From an uncultured Pseudomonadota bacterium (GTDB taxonomy: Bacteria > Vulcanimicrobiota > Vulcanimicrobiia > Eremiobacterales > Eremiobacteraceae): DNA of 64,000 nt. Within the stretch, counting starts at the first letter, position 1. Every line of letters begins with the position of its first letter. The position numbers were made by a program, and so were the translations under genes. The stretch is taken from contig CAVTNB010000003.1 of NCBI GenBank assembly GCA_963736005.1, forward strand, positions 453,445 through 517,444, read 5' to 3'. The notes below the pieces were generated by a model, which did no database searches, had not been told where the DNA came from, and was given only the letters and a program-made list of their open reading frames with translations. Shown piece by piece: positions 17,646 through 27,988 of this stretch.

Positions 17646-18556
17646 TTGAGCGCCTGCACGATCGTCTTGACGTCGTGATGCATCATGCCCTCGTAGGAGC
17701 TGAGATCGGGAGTGGTGCCCAAGGAGTCATCGTACAAATTGGTGACCGTCTTGATGCCTGCCGAATCCGCAAGTTGCTTGGCGAGCTTCGGGGAGAATTC
17801 CGGCTCGGCGAAGATTGCTCGCACATTGTGCGCTTTTGCTCTTGCAATGAGCGACACGAGGTCGGCCGCTGAGGGTTCTTTGCCAGGCGACTGCTCGATC
17901 GCGCCGACGTCATCGATGCCATAACGCCGATCGAAGTAAAACCAAGCGTCGTGGTCGGCGATCATGGCACGCTGACTCGGCGGAATGGTTGAAATTTGCT
18001 GACGGGTCCACGCATCAAGCGCGGCAAGGTCTTTGACTTCTGCCGCGGCGTTCTTTCGGTATAAGGCAGCGTGAGCAGGGTCCGTTGCCACGAGCGCATC
18101 GGCAATCGCGCGCACGTACGAAGCGGCGTACTGCGGATCGAGCCAAAAGTGGGGGTTGGCAAATTCGCTGCCGTTTGGATGGCTCACTTGTCTGGGGAGC
18201 GAGTCGCTCAGCACCTCAATGCGCGCCTGCGGCGAGGCGTCTGCCAGCAGTTTTGTCAGCCACGCTTCCAATCCCGAACCATTTTCCACGATCACCGCGG
18301 CATGGCTGAGCTCGATGAGATCCCGCGGCGCCGGTTCGTACGTTTCAGGAGATGCGCCGATGGGCACGAGCCAATGAACCTCGAGTGCGTCCCCCGCGAC
18401 CGTTTTGACAAGGGAGGCGAGGGTGGAGGTGGTCGCGACGACGATTGGTTTCCCGGAAGCGGTCGCAGCGGGAGCGGTACCCGTGCTGTGCCCGCACGCC
18501 AGCAGTGCAGCTATGGCCACGCATACCGAACCAGCTCGGATTTTATCGAGAATCAT
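17642..18556 (-). CDS. znuA: Zn/Mn ABC transporter substrate-binding lipoprotein
   Basis: Lipobox LLAC, ETYEPAP, NPHFWLDP, HDAWFYF. Confidence 0.9.
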   Translation of the reverse strand: MILDKIRAGSVCVAIAALLACGHSTGTAPAATASGKPIVVATTSTLASLVKTVAGDALEVHWLVPIGASPETYEPAPRDLIELSHAAVIVENGSGLEAWLTKLLADASPQARIEVLSDSLPRQVSHPNGSEFANPHFWLDPQYAASYVRAIADALVATDPAHAALYRKNAAAEVKDLAALDAWTRQQISTIPPSQRAMIADHDAWFYFDRRYGIDDVGAIEQSPGKEPSAADLVSLIARAKAHNVRAIFAEPEFSPKLAKQLADSAGIKTVTNLYDDSLGTTPDLSSYEGMMHHDVKTIVQALK

Positions 18557-18565
18557 TCTCGATAA
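18543..18565. promoter_or_regulatory. Second copy of the palindromic Zur-type operator, overlapping the predicted znuA start
   Basis: TTATCGAGAATCATTCTCGATAA, identical to 7440-7462. Confidence 0.85.
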
Positions 18566-18576
18566 TTATCTAGGCT

Positions 18577-18633
18577 GTAGCAGCGGACCTTTAGGTCCGC
18601 TAAGCCAAAGCGCAGCTAAAGGTGCGCTGCTAC
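18577..18633. repeat. Inverted pair of REP-like palindromes (family B, GTAGCAGCGGACCTTTAGGTCCGC)
   Basis: Other copies at 52028-52050, 52062-52083, 56294-56317, 57095-57115 and 60597-60620. Confidence 0.8.
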
Positions 18634-18640
18634 AATGACG

Positions 18641-18787
18641 CTAGGAGAGAACGGATTCGCGATAGCTCTCCATGATGTTGCGCACGTACGCCTGGGTCTC
18701 TGGGAAAGGCGGGACGCCACCGTATTTGTCGACGGCCGCGGGGCCCGCGTTGTACGCGGCGAGGGCGAGGTCGACCTGACCATGATA
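18641..18787 (-). pseudogene. 3' half of interrupted lytic transglycosylase
   Basis: [35 protein letters not shown] matches the SLT C-terminal motifs. Confidence 0.93.
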
Positions 18788-18842
18788 ATGGCAGGGACTA
18801 AGTGCGAACATACCTAAAGGACCGCCAACTGAGGTTTCTCCT

Positions 18843-20605
18843 ATGGTAAGTCCGTTCAAAGGTGGGGGATGTATGCGAGGGTTTCAACTAAAACCCAGGC
18901 AGACAAGAAGCTGTCGATCCCCGTTCAATTGGGCCTAATGAGGGCACATGTCAAGTCAAGTGGGTGGCAGGAGGTTGCAGCTTTCGAGGAGCCGGGGAAG
19001 TCCGGCACATTGGTCAAGCGTCTGCCTGTCTTGAATGGCCCTGATCGAGGAAGCCACTGGCCCAGCGCCCCGCTTCGACACGGTGCTAGTTTACGACATT
19101 TCCCGCTGGGGGGCCGCAACACGGATGCAGTCTTGGCAAAGGAAGTCATACGCCAGCGGGGGATTCGAGTAATTTATCTCGCCGAGCAAACGGGCGAGAC
19201 TGAGGAATCGGAGGACATTGAGGGTGCTGTTCGAATGGCTTGCCAAGATGCACAGCCGGTGTTCTGGCGCGCAAGGTTCCCAAAAGTCAACGTGAAGCAG
19301 TCAAGGAGGGCCGCTGGGGCAGCGGAGTGCCGCAAGTGTTCGGGTACTTCACACAAAAAGGAAAAGGTCTGGTCCCCAATCCACAGACGGCACCCATAGT
19401 TCTACAATGTTTCAAGAAGTACGCTGCTGGTGATCAATCCGCTCGATTGCAAAATGGCTAAACACAAATGTTTCAGCCCAGCGAGGCGGATCGTGGCGTA
19501 GTGGAACGGTCCACAACCTTCTTACTAGACGCGCGTACCTCGGGCACATAACCTACGGCGCTGCACCGAGTGAACGGTAAGCGTGTTCGACTTTCGACTC
19601 GAAGAGAGAACGGAAAATCCTAACCAGTACAAACGACTTGTGCTGCAGAGACTTTTCGATCAGGTTCAAGAACGTCTCAGCCGTAACGATCAGAGCCGCG
19701 CAGAAGGTTGTCTCAACGGAATGTGCTCGCGGTTGTCGGACGGTGCAAGTGCGGTTCAACTCTAACCTTTCAAAAAGGTGGTGGCCCTCGCAAGGACCGC
19801 AAAAAATATCGCTCGCTGGTTCTGGCACTGCAGCCGCTGTCGCCTGAATGTTGATCCGAGGCGCAATTTCGAGGGGTGCTACGGCTACTTTCCGCAGGAC
19901 GTAGTCGAGACGATGATTCGGGATAGGATGCATTTTCTTCTTGCTGCTGGTGGAATAAAGCAAGCCGTTCAAGCATACAATGCCGCTGCTGCTCAGGCCT
20001 CGGAGCCACCGGAACTTGCTACTCTCAAAACGATGGTCGATGGTCTCAGGAAGCGTGAGCGCAGCCTCGTTGAATTCATCGGTGACGGTTCTCGAAGTTT
20101 CGATGCCGTTGCCGAGGACCTGGAGAAAGCAAACGGACTGCCAGGATGCAGAAGAAAAACCTAGCACAAGTGCTGGCTCGGGTCTGCCAGATTCAATCAC
20201 CGATTGACGAAGCAGAGATTGAAGGCGCTTCTGATAAAATCCGCAAGGCCCTCAAAGCCGGAGACATTGCCAAACTAGCAGTTGTCTTACCTCACCTTGT
20301 GTCGAAGATTGAAATAGACTTCACGTTGCGACACGATACCGCAAAATACTGGCGCAGACGGGCACAAGATTTTCTTGAAACTCTTGCAAGAGAAACTCGC
20401 AAGAAGTGTGACGAGAAAAACATTTCTAGATTGGAAGTCCGCGTATGATGAAAACGACAAATTGCAGGCCGCTGCTCATCGTGGTCTCGTCATGCATCTG
20501 AAGTACGACATAGCTAACCTGGCTTCAGCCGGTCAAGAGGCTCTCGAAGCAGTTGGCGAGTATGCCCACGGGCACACTTCGGAAGCGTTACTCTCCAAAG
20601 CCTAA
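18843..20605 (+). pseudogene. Large serine recombinase (integrase), multiply frameshifted as assembled
   Basis: YARVST catalytic Ser, SIPVQL, EPGKSG; other frames give DTVLVYDISRW, FGY..LVPNPQTAPIV, SIAKWLN...W..GTVHNLLTRRAYLG, a Cys cluster and a coiled coil. Ends are approximate. Confidence 0.85.
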
Positions 20606-20622
20606 ATTCAACCGCATAACCC

Positions 20623-20647
20623 AAGAGGGCGACGGCCCTCTTCTTTT
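20623..20647 (+). terminator. Intrinsic terminator after the integrase
   Basis: AAGAGGGC-GACG-GCCCTCTTCTTTT. Confidence 0.65.
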
Positions 20648-20660
20648 CAAGGAAATTTCA

Positions 20661-21011
20661 ATGTCCGCCACAACCGTAATCAATTCATCCATAAGCCCAG
20701 GCCAATCCGTCTCGGGGACTTTCATGACGTCCGCTCCCTTCAGAGGGGTAGAGATTGTTCAAGAGCAGACAATGGCCCAACCAACCTTTCCCGGCGTGTT
20801 GGTCTCCTACCAAATCAGCCTAGACAATGGCACCACATGGTCAGATGCCCAGCCGGTTCAGCACGAAGCGAATGCCAGTATAAGTGGATCGGGAAACTCA
20901 AGCTCAATCTTGCTAAATGAATTCGCCACAACTGTAAAATTCAATGCGACCAACACCAACCGAGCCGTAGCATGCGCCTCCTTTGTGTTGGAGGCGGAAT
21001 GCTTCACCTAG
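20661..21011 (+). CDS. Small beta-rich hypothetical protein with Asp-box-like motif
   Basis: AAGGA SD, ATG 20661; YQISLDNGTTWS. Confidence 0.65.
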   Translation: MSATTVINSSISPGQSVSGTFMTSAPFRGVEIVQEQTMAQPTFPGVLVSYQISLDNGTTWSDAQPVQHEANASISGSGNSSSILLNEFATTVKFNATNTNRAVACASFVLEAECFT

Positions 21012-21393
21012 GATGAGATACTTAGAAGCCTCATCCCGAAGCAGTTGCGAAGCACCCGGAGATTCAAAACAGCTATTGTTGGATCGTTGAAAATAAATGC
21101 GGCAACCCCCAATGTCTGAACCCACTTCACCAGCTTGACAAACCGAAGGCTAAGAAATGAGACAGAATGATTTTAATTAAGGCAGTTTGCGTTGTACTTG
21201 TGCGCCTGGTTCTTAGCTTCTTTCGGGGCAAGAACTAATGACGAGGATCGACCGGCAGATTGACCTCGTCTTAAATTCCAAGAACCCGAGGCTCGCCAAG
21301 TTTCTTTTTGGAGAACGTGGGCTTCCGTTGTTGGAAGTTATCAAGCAACTAAGGGAACAAAAACCAACGGTAAAATCAGATAAGGATTAAACA

Positions 21394-22238
21394 ATGGGAA
21401 ACTTTCAAGATTTAACCGGACAGCGTTTCGGACGGCTAACAGTACTGCGATTGGCTGATAGAACTAAACCAGGATACTACCGTTACGAGTGTCTGTGCGA
21501 CTGCGGGAAAACTACCATCGTCCAGGGCAATGCCCTGCGCTCCGGTACAATAAAAAGTTGTGGGTGCCTGCGCCTGGAGCGGCTAAGGGAGTCTCTCCGC
21601 AGACGAATCGTACTGTCCGGCCCAGGGTCACCTAAATTTGCAGACCTTACAGGTCAAACATTTGGCAGGCTTACTGTTCTAGGTTATGCTGGCAAAAAAG
21701 GCGGGAGCACCTATAATTGCCTTTGCACCTGTGGCAACACAAAAATCGTCCTCGGGAGGTCTTTAACGACCGGCGCAACCAAGAGTTGCGGATGCCTGCT
21801 CATGCAGTTTGCCCAGGTTCCCTCCCGGTCATGCAGCCAGAAACTCTGTGCTGGATGCTTACAAACGAAACGCCCGTACGCGAAGCATCCCCTGGGAACT
21901 TACGGACGAACAGGCCTTCGCCCTATTCGAACAACCTTGCTTCTACTGCGGAGCAGCGAAGTCTTAACTCTACTGGACTGGGCGTACAAGGGGGAAAACC
22001 CCGCTGGAGAACTCCCTTCCAATATAACGGCATAGACCGTGTAGACAATTCTAAGGGCTACACGTCGGATAACGTAGTACCATGCTGCCACACCCATAAC
22101 AGAATGAAGCTCGATCTGACCTCTAGTCAGTTTTTAGATCAAGCGAAACAGCTTGTTATGATGTCCGAATCCCGAGCCGATCAGCACCTCTTTAACGAGT
22201 TGTCTCCTGAAGATTTCAACGGAGACTGGTTTGACTAA
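21394..22238 (+). pseudogene. Phage-type HNH endonuclease with two N-terminal DLTGQxFGRLTV repeats, two frameshifts
   Basis: First frame: repeats with CxCxCG and KSCGC. Middle frame: YKRNARTRSIPWELT...PCFYCG. Last frame: NGIDRVDNSKGYTSDNVVPCCHTHNRMK. Confidence 0.82.
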
Positions 22239-22310
22239 AAAGAAAAGGAGCCCCACTTTGCGTGAAGCTCCCTTAGTGAACCAGATTTCTATTCGATACG
22301 CTTGTCCTTT

Positions 22311-22490
22311 CTAGACCTTAGTGCTATGGGTTGCGGTCACGGCTTCTTCTAGAGCTTCCGTGAACTGTTCAATCCCGACCTTTGTCGAGAGGTTGAACAC
22401 ACCGGGAGTGCCGGTGTCAGTGTAGGCAATTTTCCAACTGCTCCGCTTCACGCCCGCTGGATCAGTCAGCGTGATTGTGTAGTGCTCCAT
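22311..22490 (-). CDS. 59 aa hypothetical protein (below the ORF-track cutoff)
   Basis: AAGGAG SD; MEHYTITLTDPAGVKRSSWKIAYTDTGTPGVFNLSTKVGIEQFTEALEEAVTATHSTKV. Confidence 0.6.
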   Translation of the reverse strand: MEHYTITLTDPAGVKRSSWKIAYTDTGTPGVFNLSTKVGIEQFTEALEEAVTATHSTKV

Positions 22491-22535
22491 TTTGATTTCT
22501 CCTTTGGTTTCTAGTGATTAAATGGGGCGATAAAT

Positions 22536-23659
22536 CTAATTGATGATCACGGTGGAGGTGGTGAAGGAAATGGCTTCGCTACCGGACTGGTCACGAGTGT
22601 GGTTACTGGGATCAGAGGCATGAACGACTATGTTACAAGAACCCGGTCCAATGGGCGTAACCGTGTATTGATCTTGATTGTCTCCGATTGGATTATCTGC
22701 AATTGTTGCGATTCCCGAGCAACGATCCGTCTCAGAAAATGAATAGCTGTCGTTTGTCGCGCCGGTTGCCGTGAATGTCTGTGCGAAGGTTGCACCGGTT
22801 GCAGTAAAGTTTAGCGCCGATGGATTTAGGGAGAGCGGTGCCGAGGTGTAAGCAACTAGTAGAGTTCCAAGCACGACTGAAGTGGTGCGCTCGTGGCCGT
22901 AATGGTATCAGTTGTTGCAGTGCCACCATTGTAGGCGTATGTAACGGCTGCGCCTGGTGCGCTCACGGATGTGGGATTGATCGTGGCAATGGAAGTCTGC
23001 GTGTTCGAGAGATTCACGGTTAGGGAATTCCCGGAAGAATCAATAAAGTTTCCGGGTCCGAGGATCGTTGCACCGCTTGCGTCCAAACCCGCGACGTTAA
23101 GTGCTTGACTCAGTGCTGTCCCCAGGAAAATTGGATTCGTTGCCAAGCTCATCGCAATACTGGAGACAACACCATTAACGCTTATATTTATTGTGTTGGC
23201 AACTCCAGCGAGTACCAAGTAGTTCACGGTTGCGGCACCGAGTAGATTACCAGTCGCACCTGAACCTCGGTAGAGCTTCACGGCAAAAGAATCTTCCGCT
23301 ACGGGTGCATTAACGGTGATCGAGCATGTGACCGGGGGTCCAGGAACGCACCGGGCGAGGTCGTGGTCAAGTTCTGGACAATCGGAGTGCCACCGTTGAT
23401 TGATATACTGACCGAGCCGGTTCCGGGAGAGATAAAGAAACGGTGGAACCTCGGTGTAAAGTCAACTGATGACACTCCTGTGCCCTGGCGGTGCAGGTAT
23501 ACGAAAGTAGAAAGTTACTGGTGACTTTGGACCTGATTGTGAGTGTGTGACCGGCGCAAGAGCACCGCCCCCGCCACCTCCGCAACCAAACATTATGGCC
23601 GCGACAACAATGGCAAGTATGCCGACTACCAGACCTATTCGATGATGAGTCAAAGTCAT
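22536..23659 (-). pseudogene. Ser/Thr-rich lipoprotein with Ig-like domains, frameshifted
   Basis: Lipobox MFGC-GGGGGG; fragments 23462-23659, 22856-23281 and 22536-22874 read as one beta-rich protein. Confidence 0.7.
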
Positions 23660-23798
23660 TTACTTTTTCCCTTTCTTGATCTTGAGTGAATTGCGATACA
23701 GAAAAGCAAGGACCTCGGGAGCGCAAGTCCCGTCGAATGTGCGAAGTCTCTTCTCTTAGGGATTCGTTTAGGAACGGGAACCTCTGGTCGCGAAAACC

Positions 23799-24170
23799 TC
23801 ACGAATGCATCCTGCGAACAGGTGAACAACCGCGTGATAGACAGCGGACCAGAACGTGACGCAGAGTAGAAATCCCGTGAACCAGATCAGTGGTAGCTCG
23901 ATAGCGTCGAAGATTTTCTGGTGAGTTTTCATGTGACTGCACAAAGCTCGTCGAGGTACTTAGCGTAGGCCCGGTAGACGTAGCACCGAGCTTCAGACAG
24001 ACGAAGAAGAAAGCATTCGACCATCCGCTATGGATGTTTTTGTGAGTGACGACCCAGACACGCGGACCCTGCTCCTCACCTTCAGGAACGATCAAAGCCC
24101 ATAACTCTGAAGTGTCGCCAACTGTAACGCGCCACAGGGCAATGACTTGCGATGGTTGTGAAAATTGCAC
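23799..24170 (-). CDS. Hypothetical protein
   Basis: 123 aa ORF with no recognisable motif. Confidence 0.3.
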   Translation of the reverse strand: MQFSQPSQVIALWRVTVGDTSELWALIVPEGEEQGPRVWVVTHKNIHSGWSNAFFFVCLKLGATSTGPTLSTSTSFVQSHENSPENLRRYRATTDLVHGISTLRHVLVRCLSRGCSPVRRMHS

Positions 24171-24316
24171 ATAGGATAATCTTCTTTCAGACGGAGCGGG
24201 CCGAGAATTATTAGTGCTCCAGCCGCTAGTAGTATTGACGGCTAGAAGCGCGGAACCCTTGAGTGTCCGTCATACCGGAACAGGAGTAGACGGAGCTGTA
24301 GGGGACACAAGGGTCC

Positions 24317-24560
24317 ATGCCCGGATACGCAAGGTTGCCGTAACCTGAGCGCCGAGACGTTCTCGGAGGCCCAGAAGCTGCTCATTGAGGCAACCAGGGC
24401 AGGCAGGCGGGTAAGTATGAGTGCTATTGTGGAGATTGCAGTGGCCCGCTTTGTGAAGCGACCTCCGAATGAAGTCGCGACCGCACTCAAGGGCGTAAAA
24501 GCCAGAAGATCACCGCCAGCTAAAGAAGCCGCTAAACCAACTTTCAAAAGAGAAAATTGA
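24317..24560 (+). other. Possible ribbon-helix-helix DNA-binding protein (5' frameshift)
   Basis: Stitched reading RKVAVNLSAETFSEAQKLL...VSMSAIVEIAVARF fits the RHH pattern. Confidence 0.35.
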
Positions 24561-24561
24561 A

Positions 24562-24975
24562 ATGACCATAAATGTGCCCTTATATGCTTTTGCTCAGGAT
24601 GGATTCAACGGAAGCATACAGGTCGATACCATAGTTCTGGAATGTCAGTTTGACCAACAAGTCATTGCTCCGGTGAACCCAGGTGAAGAAGCCAATCAGA
24701 TTCCACCGAATCAAACCGGTTACCGAAGAAACGAGCCGATGTGATCCCTCAATTCCCAATTGCTTCCGTGGAGCTATCCCTTGCCGGTGGCTGTCAATGC
24801 CGAGCAGTGTTTCGCAATTTTGTCGGTAACAAATCCACAGAATCAAACCACGAACTACAATTTTGTAATGATGGATTACCTAACGATGAATATGAACACG
24901 TCCCGAGCGGTCTTTGAAACCCTGGGCATCAATCGACTCCAAGTAACGATCACCAAGTGGAATCGAGTTTCTTAA
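24562..24975 (+). CDS. Beta-rich hypothetical protein, probably one frameshifted gene
   Basis: Adjacent ORFs 24562-24744 and 24760-24975. Confidence 0.45.
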
Positions 24976-25067
24976 CGGCTACGAAAAAGAAGAAGTCGCA
25001 GCACTCGCCACTGAGTAGCAAAAAGAAAAGCCCCTGAAGATCAGAAGCTCAAGCGAAGGATTTAGAG

Positions 25068-25926
25068 TTAGTAGCGGCGGATTCTCTTGTACGAGTCCTT
25101 CGATTCCTTCGGTCTGCCTCTCTTTGGGGGCTCCAAACTCAGACCGAGAATCGAGAGCAGACTAAACCCAGACTGATAATTCTCACCAGAAGCATTGAAC
25201 CCAATCTGTCGATTTCCCGAGTATGGACCAGCACCGAGGATGATGAGCGCTGACCCATTACGCGACTTCCTGACTGATTGCGGATGTGAGCATGGCGCGG
25301 ATCGACGTAGGACCCACGCCTTACCTGTCTTGGGTGATACGTAGCCGCCTATTTCGAGCATCTTGGCAATATCACGCAGGGACTTGCCCTGAGCCTTCCA
25401 TAGCCTTCGCGCGGCCCAAATGCTTCATCGCAGCAGGATCAGGAACGATTGAGTACTCTGACGGGTCCATCCAAAGGGGGTCCGAGAGTAGCTTTATGGT
25501 GTGCTTGATGAGCCAGCACGTCGCGCACACGCTCAGATGCGGATTTTCTCTCCAGGCAAACACGTTCACCATGAGGTTCAAAACCATTCGACCTGTTGGT
25601 GCGGTGTCCAGTGACTCACCAAGCGAACACAGTGCAACATTGTGGCGGGCAAACAACTGCAACAAGAACTGACAATCTGCAATGGATCGAGTTAGACGAT
25701 CAAGCTTAGTGACGAGCACAGCGGAGACTTCACCAGCACGAACCATTTTGATTAGCTGATCTATGCTAGGGCGCTTGAGTGAGCTAGCGCTGGCATTGTT
25801 CACGATGATGTCACTAAGGACTCGATCCGTTGCCACCGCGTAAGCGGCTAGTTTGTGCTGCTGCATTTCAACGCTGTTGGGCTGCTCCGAGGTGGAAGTT
25901 CGAGCATACCCGAGTACCTTTGCCAT
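25068..25926 (-). pseudogene. Resolvase/invertase-family serine recombinase with C-terminal HTH, frameshifted
   Basis: GYARTSTSEQ, KRPSI, VTKLDRLTRS, DTAPTGRMV; other frame LRDIAKMLEIGGYVSPKTGKAW. True 3' end uncertain. Confidence 0.85.
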
Positions 25927-26659
25927 TGGAAACGCCTCCGTTCAGTGCCTACCTACTGAACATTCTACTCCTACCCTACCGAAACCGCAACCTGGCAAAA
26001 TCCCTTTTTGAGGCTGTTTCCTACCCTGCAGCCTCCGATTCCATGAAGGGGACCCTTACGTCGATTCTAGCCCGGTTTCCGGCCAATTGTGGGTATTCTG
26101 GAGGGGTGGTGCCTGGACACCCTGATTCTTGACCCACCTGGACCGGGCCTGAAAGCGAGCAGCGGAGCGCGAGCGGTAGCTCGGAGAAGCCTTATGGTGC
26201 CCAGGTTGGAATCCTAAGAGTGCCGATACCTTACTTTTAGTAAGTTCTTTTTGGCCCCCTTAGCTGGGTCGGCAACGTAAGCAATTTTAGCGAGCGATGA
26301 GGTGGTCCATTGAAGACGGTCGATCCTGAGGCTTCCCTACCCTCACCGCAGCACGATCCAAGTACGCGGGGTATCTAACCATCCAAAGCGTGATCGAACA
26401 CCCCATAATGGTCAGTCTGTTCACTCCTGGTCAGAACTGCACACTGCCGTATACTGGCCGGTATTTTCAAAGTCTCTATCCATGCGGGTTTGCGGGCGAA
26501 ATCCTTGCCTGATCCATCCTCGCTCCTTGGCAGGGGGAACTCTTGCGGCACCGTCCTTCGGGACACAAATTGTCCCGCACCACTAGGAAGTTGCTGGCCC
26601 CCTAGCGCCGATTGCCAAATCCAAAAATCTGACCGGCTCGATAAAAAATTCCAGAAAAA

Positions 26660-26740
26660 ATGCGGTCCCTAATCCGGTCCGTATGCGGTCCGTATAGGTT
26701 CGGTATAGGGTCCGAATGCGGTCCGCGATCTGCGGACCCT
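26660..26740. repeat. Tandem 11-bp repeats (consensus ATGCGGTCCGT), 6-7 copies
   Basis: Units at 26660, 26672, 26683, 26694, 26705, 26716 and a variant at 26730. Confidence 0.85.
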
Positions 26741-26766
26741 ATTTCCCCACACGAAAGGTAAAACAA

Positions 26767-27621
26767 ATGACTCTTTCCACGTCACTAACCTGCGAGAACT
26801 GTTCAAAGACGTATCAGCCCGAGCGAGCCAATCAACTTAAATACTGTTCAAAGAAATGTCGACGCGCTGCAATGAGACAGCGAAAAACCCAGGTTGAAGT
26901 CCCTACGCCTGAGCCCACGGCAGATACCCAAGCTGACGGGCCCTTCGCAGGGTTCCCTTTGATAGAGGCTCAGATGGGCGACGTGCGGGCCAATGAACTG
27001 TTCGCGGAACTAGGGCGACGTGATTCAACCAAGGCAGAGATCGAGTCACTGGTTCGTAAAGAACTGATCCACCGAAGATTGGAATTAGAGTACCAAACAA
27101 AGCGCAGCGGTGGAGAGCCTGACCTTCCCGCCCTCGATGAAATCAAGCGCCTGGAACTGAGCATCCTTCGGCTCAAGGTTGACCTCGGACTGAATTTTGA
27201 CCAAAAGAGACAGCGCGGGTCGACCAAGACAACTGCTGGGCAAATGATATCCGGCTTTTTGGATGTATTGGAAAGATTCTCGCCGGACCAAAAATTGACT
27301 TTCGACCGCGAACAGACCGAGGCGCTCGCAGCGGCACAGACGCGCGTGGATGCACCAGACTTTGGCAGCAGATACAAAGAGACTCGCGAACGTGAACGTC
27401 AGGAAGAAAATCCCGGGCGCGCTGCTAGTGATCGACGAGTCAAAAAGCTCATCGAGGACGCGGAGCGCTCGGGGAAAATTCCGTCTCGATCAGGTGCAGC
27501 GCTACCGCCATTGGACGAAGCACTTCCATTGGATGCACCCACTGAAGTCGCTGATCCCGTTGAGAATCCAAGCCCGAACCGGTTCCAGAAGAAGCTCCCC
27601 CACCGGCACCTGGTCATCTAG
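26767..27621 (+). CDS. Zn-finger protein with possible terminase small subunit-like region
   Basis: CENC...YCSKKC; PALDEIKRLELSILRLKVDLGL resembles the P27-type TerS C-terminus (weak). Confidence 0.5.
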   Translation: MTLSTSLTCENCSKTYQPERANQLKYCSKKCRRAAMRQRKTQVEVPTPEPTADTQADGPFAGFPLIEAQMGDVRANELFAELGRRDSTKAEIESLVRKELIHRRLELEYQTKRSGGEPDLPALDEIKRLELSILRLKVDLGLNFDQKRQRGSTKTTAGQMISGFLDVLERFSPDQKLTFDREQTEALAAAQTRVDAPDFGSRYKETRERERQEENPGRAASDRRVKKLIEDAERSGKIPSRSGAALPPLDEALPLDAPTEVADPVENPSPNRFQKKLPHRHLVI

Positions 27622-27881
27622 CTGGGCGTCCAGCTTTGACTCTGGAGCAGGCGCGCGAGCAAGCCAACAAAGTGTTTAGCAGAGGCGGCACAGGCTTGGC
27701 GTTGGACGACTTCCGACTCCCAAGGTCCACAAACAGGTAAGGTTTTAAATATCCCAGGAATCTAGCGGGACAGACAAAGCTTATGGATAAAGGGATAGAG
27801 CAACGCAAAAAAAGATTCTGTAGGAATACTGTTGACAAACCTTGAAAAACCTGATAGGCTACGAGAAGATGTGAGGATTCC

Positions 27882-27911
27882 TTGACAAGCTGTACCCAAC
27901 TATGGTATAAT
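27882..27911 (+). promoter_or_regulatory. Consensus sigma70 promoter
   Basis: TTGACA-18 nt-TATAAT with extended TG. Confidence 0.8.
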
Positions 27912-27957
27912 ACCTTGTGATGGGCAGAACTTACACTTTGTCGCGTGATCTAAGATG

Positions 27958-27988
27958 AACCGCCTCTGCCCAGGCGGTTTTCTATTTT
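27958..27988 (+). terminator. Intrinsic terminator ~45 nt after the promoter
   Basis: AACCGCCT-CTGCCC-AGGCGGTT-TTCTATTTT. Confidence 0.7.

Noticed and set aside
18788..18859. N-terminus of the 72 aa ORF 18641-18859 as a real gene start
   Set aside because: The first ~24 codons are element att DNA fused to the host fragment.
21209..22238. IscB/HEARO or group I intron
   Set aside because: No PLMP or RuvC motifs, no interrupted host gene and no recognisable intron core.
26660..26740. CRISPR array
   Set aside because: Degenerate 11-bp units with no spacers.
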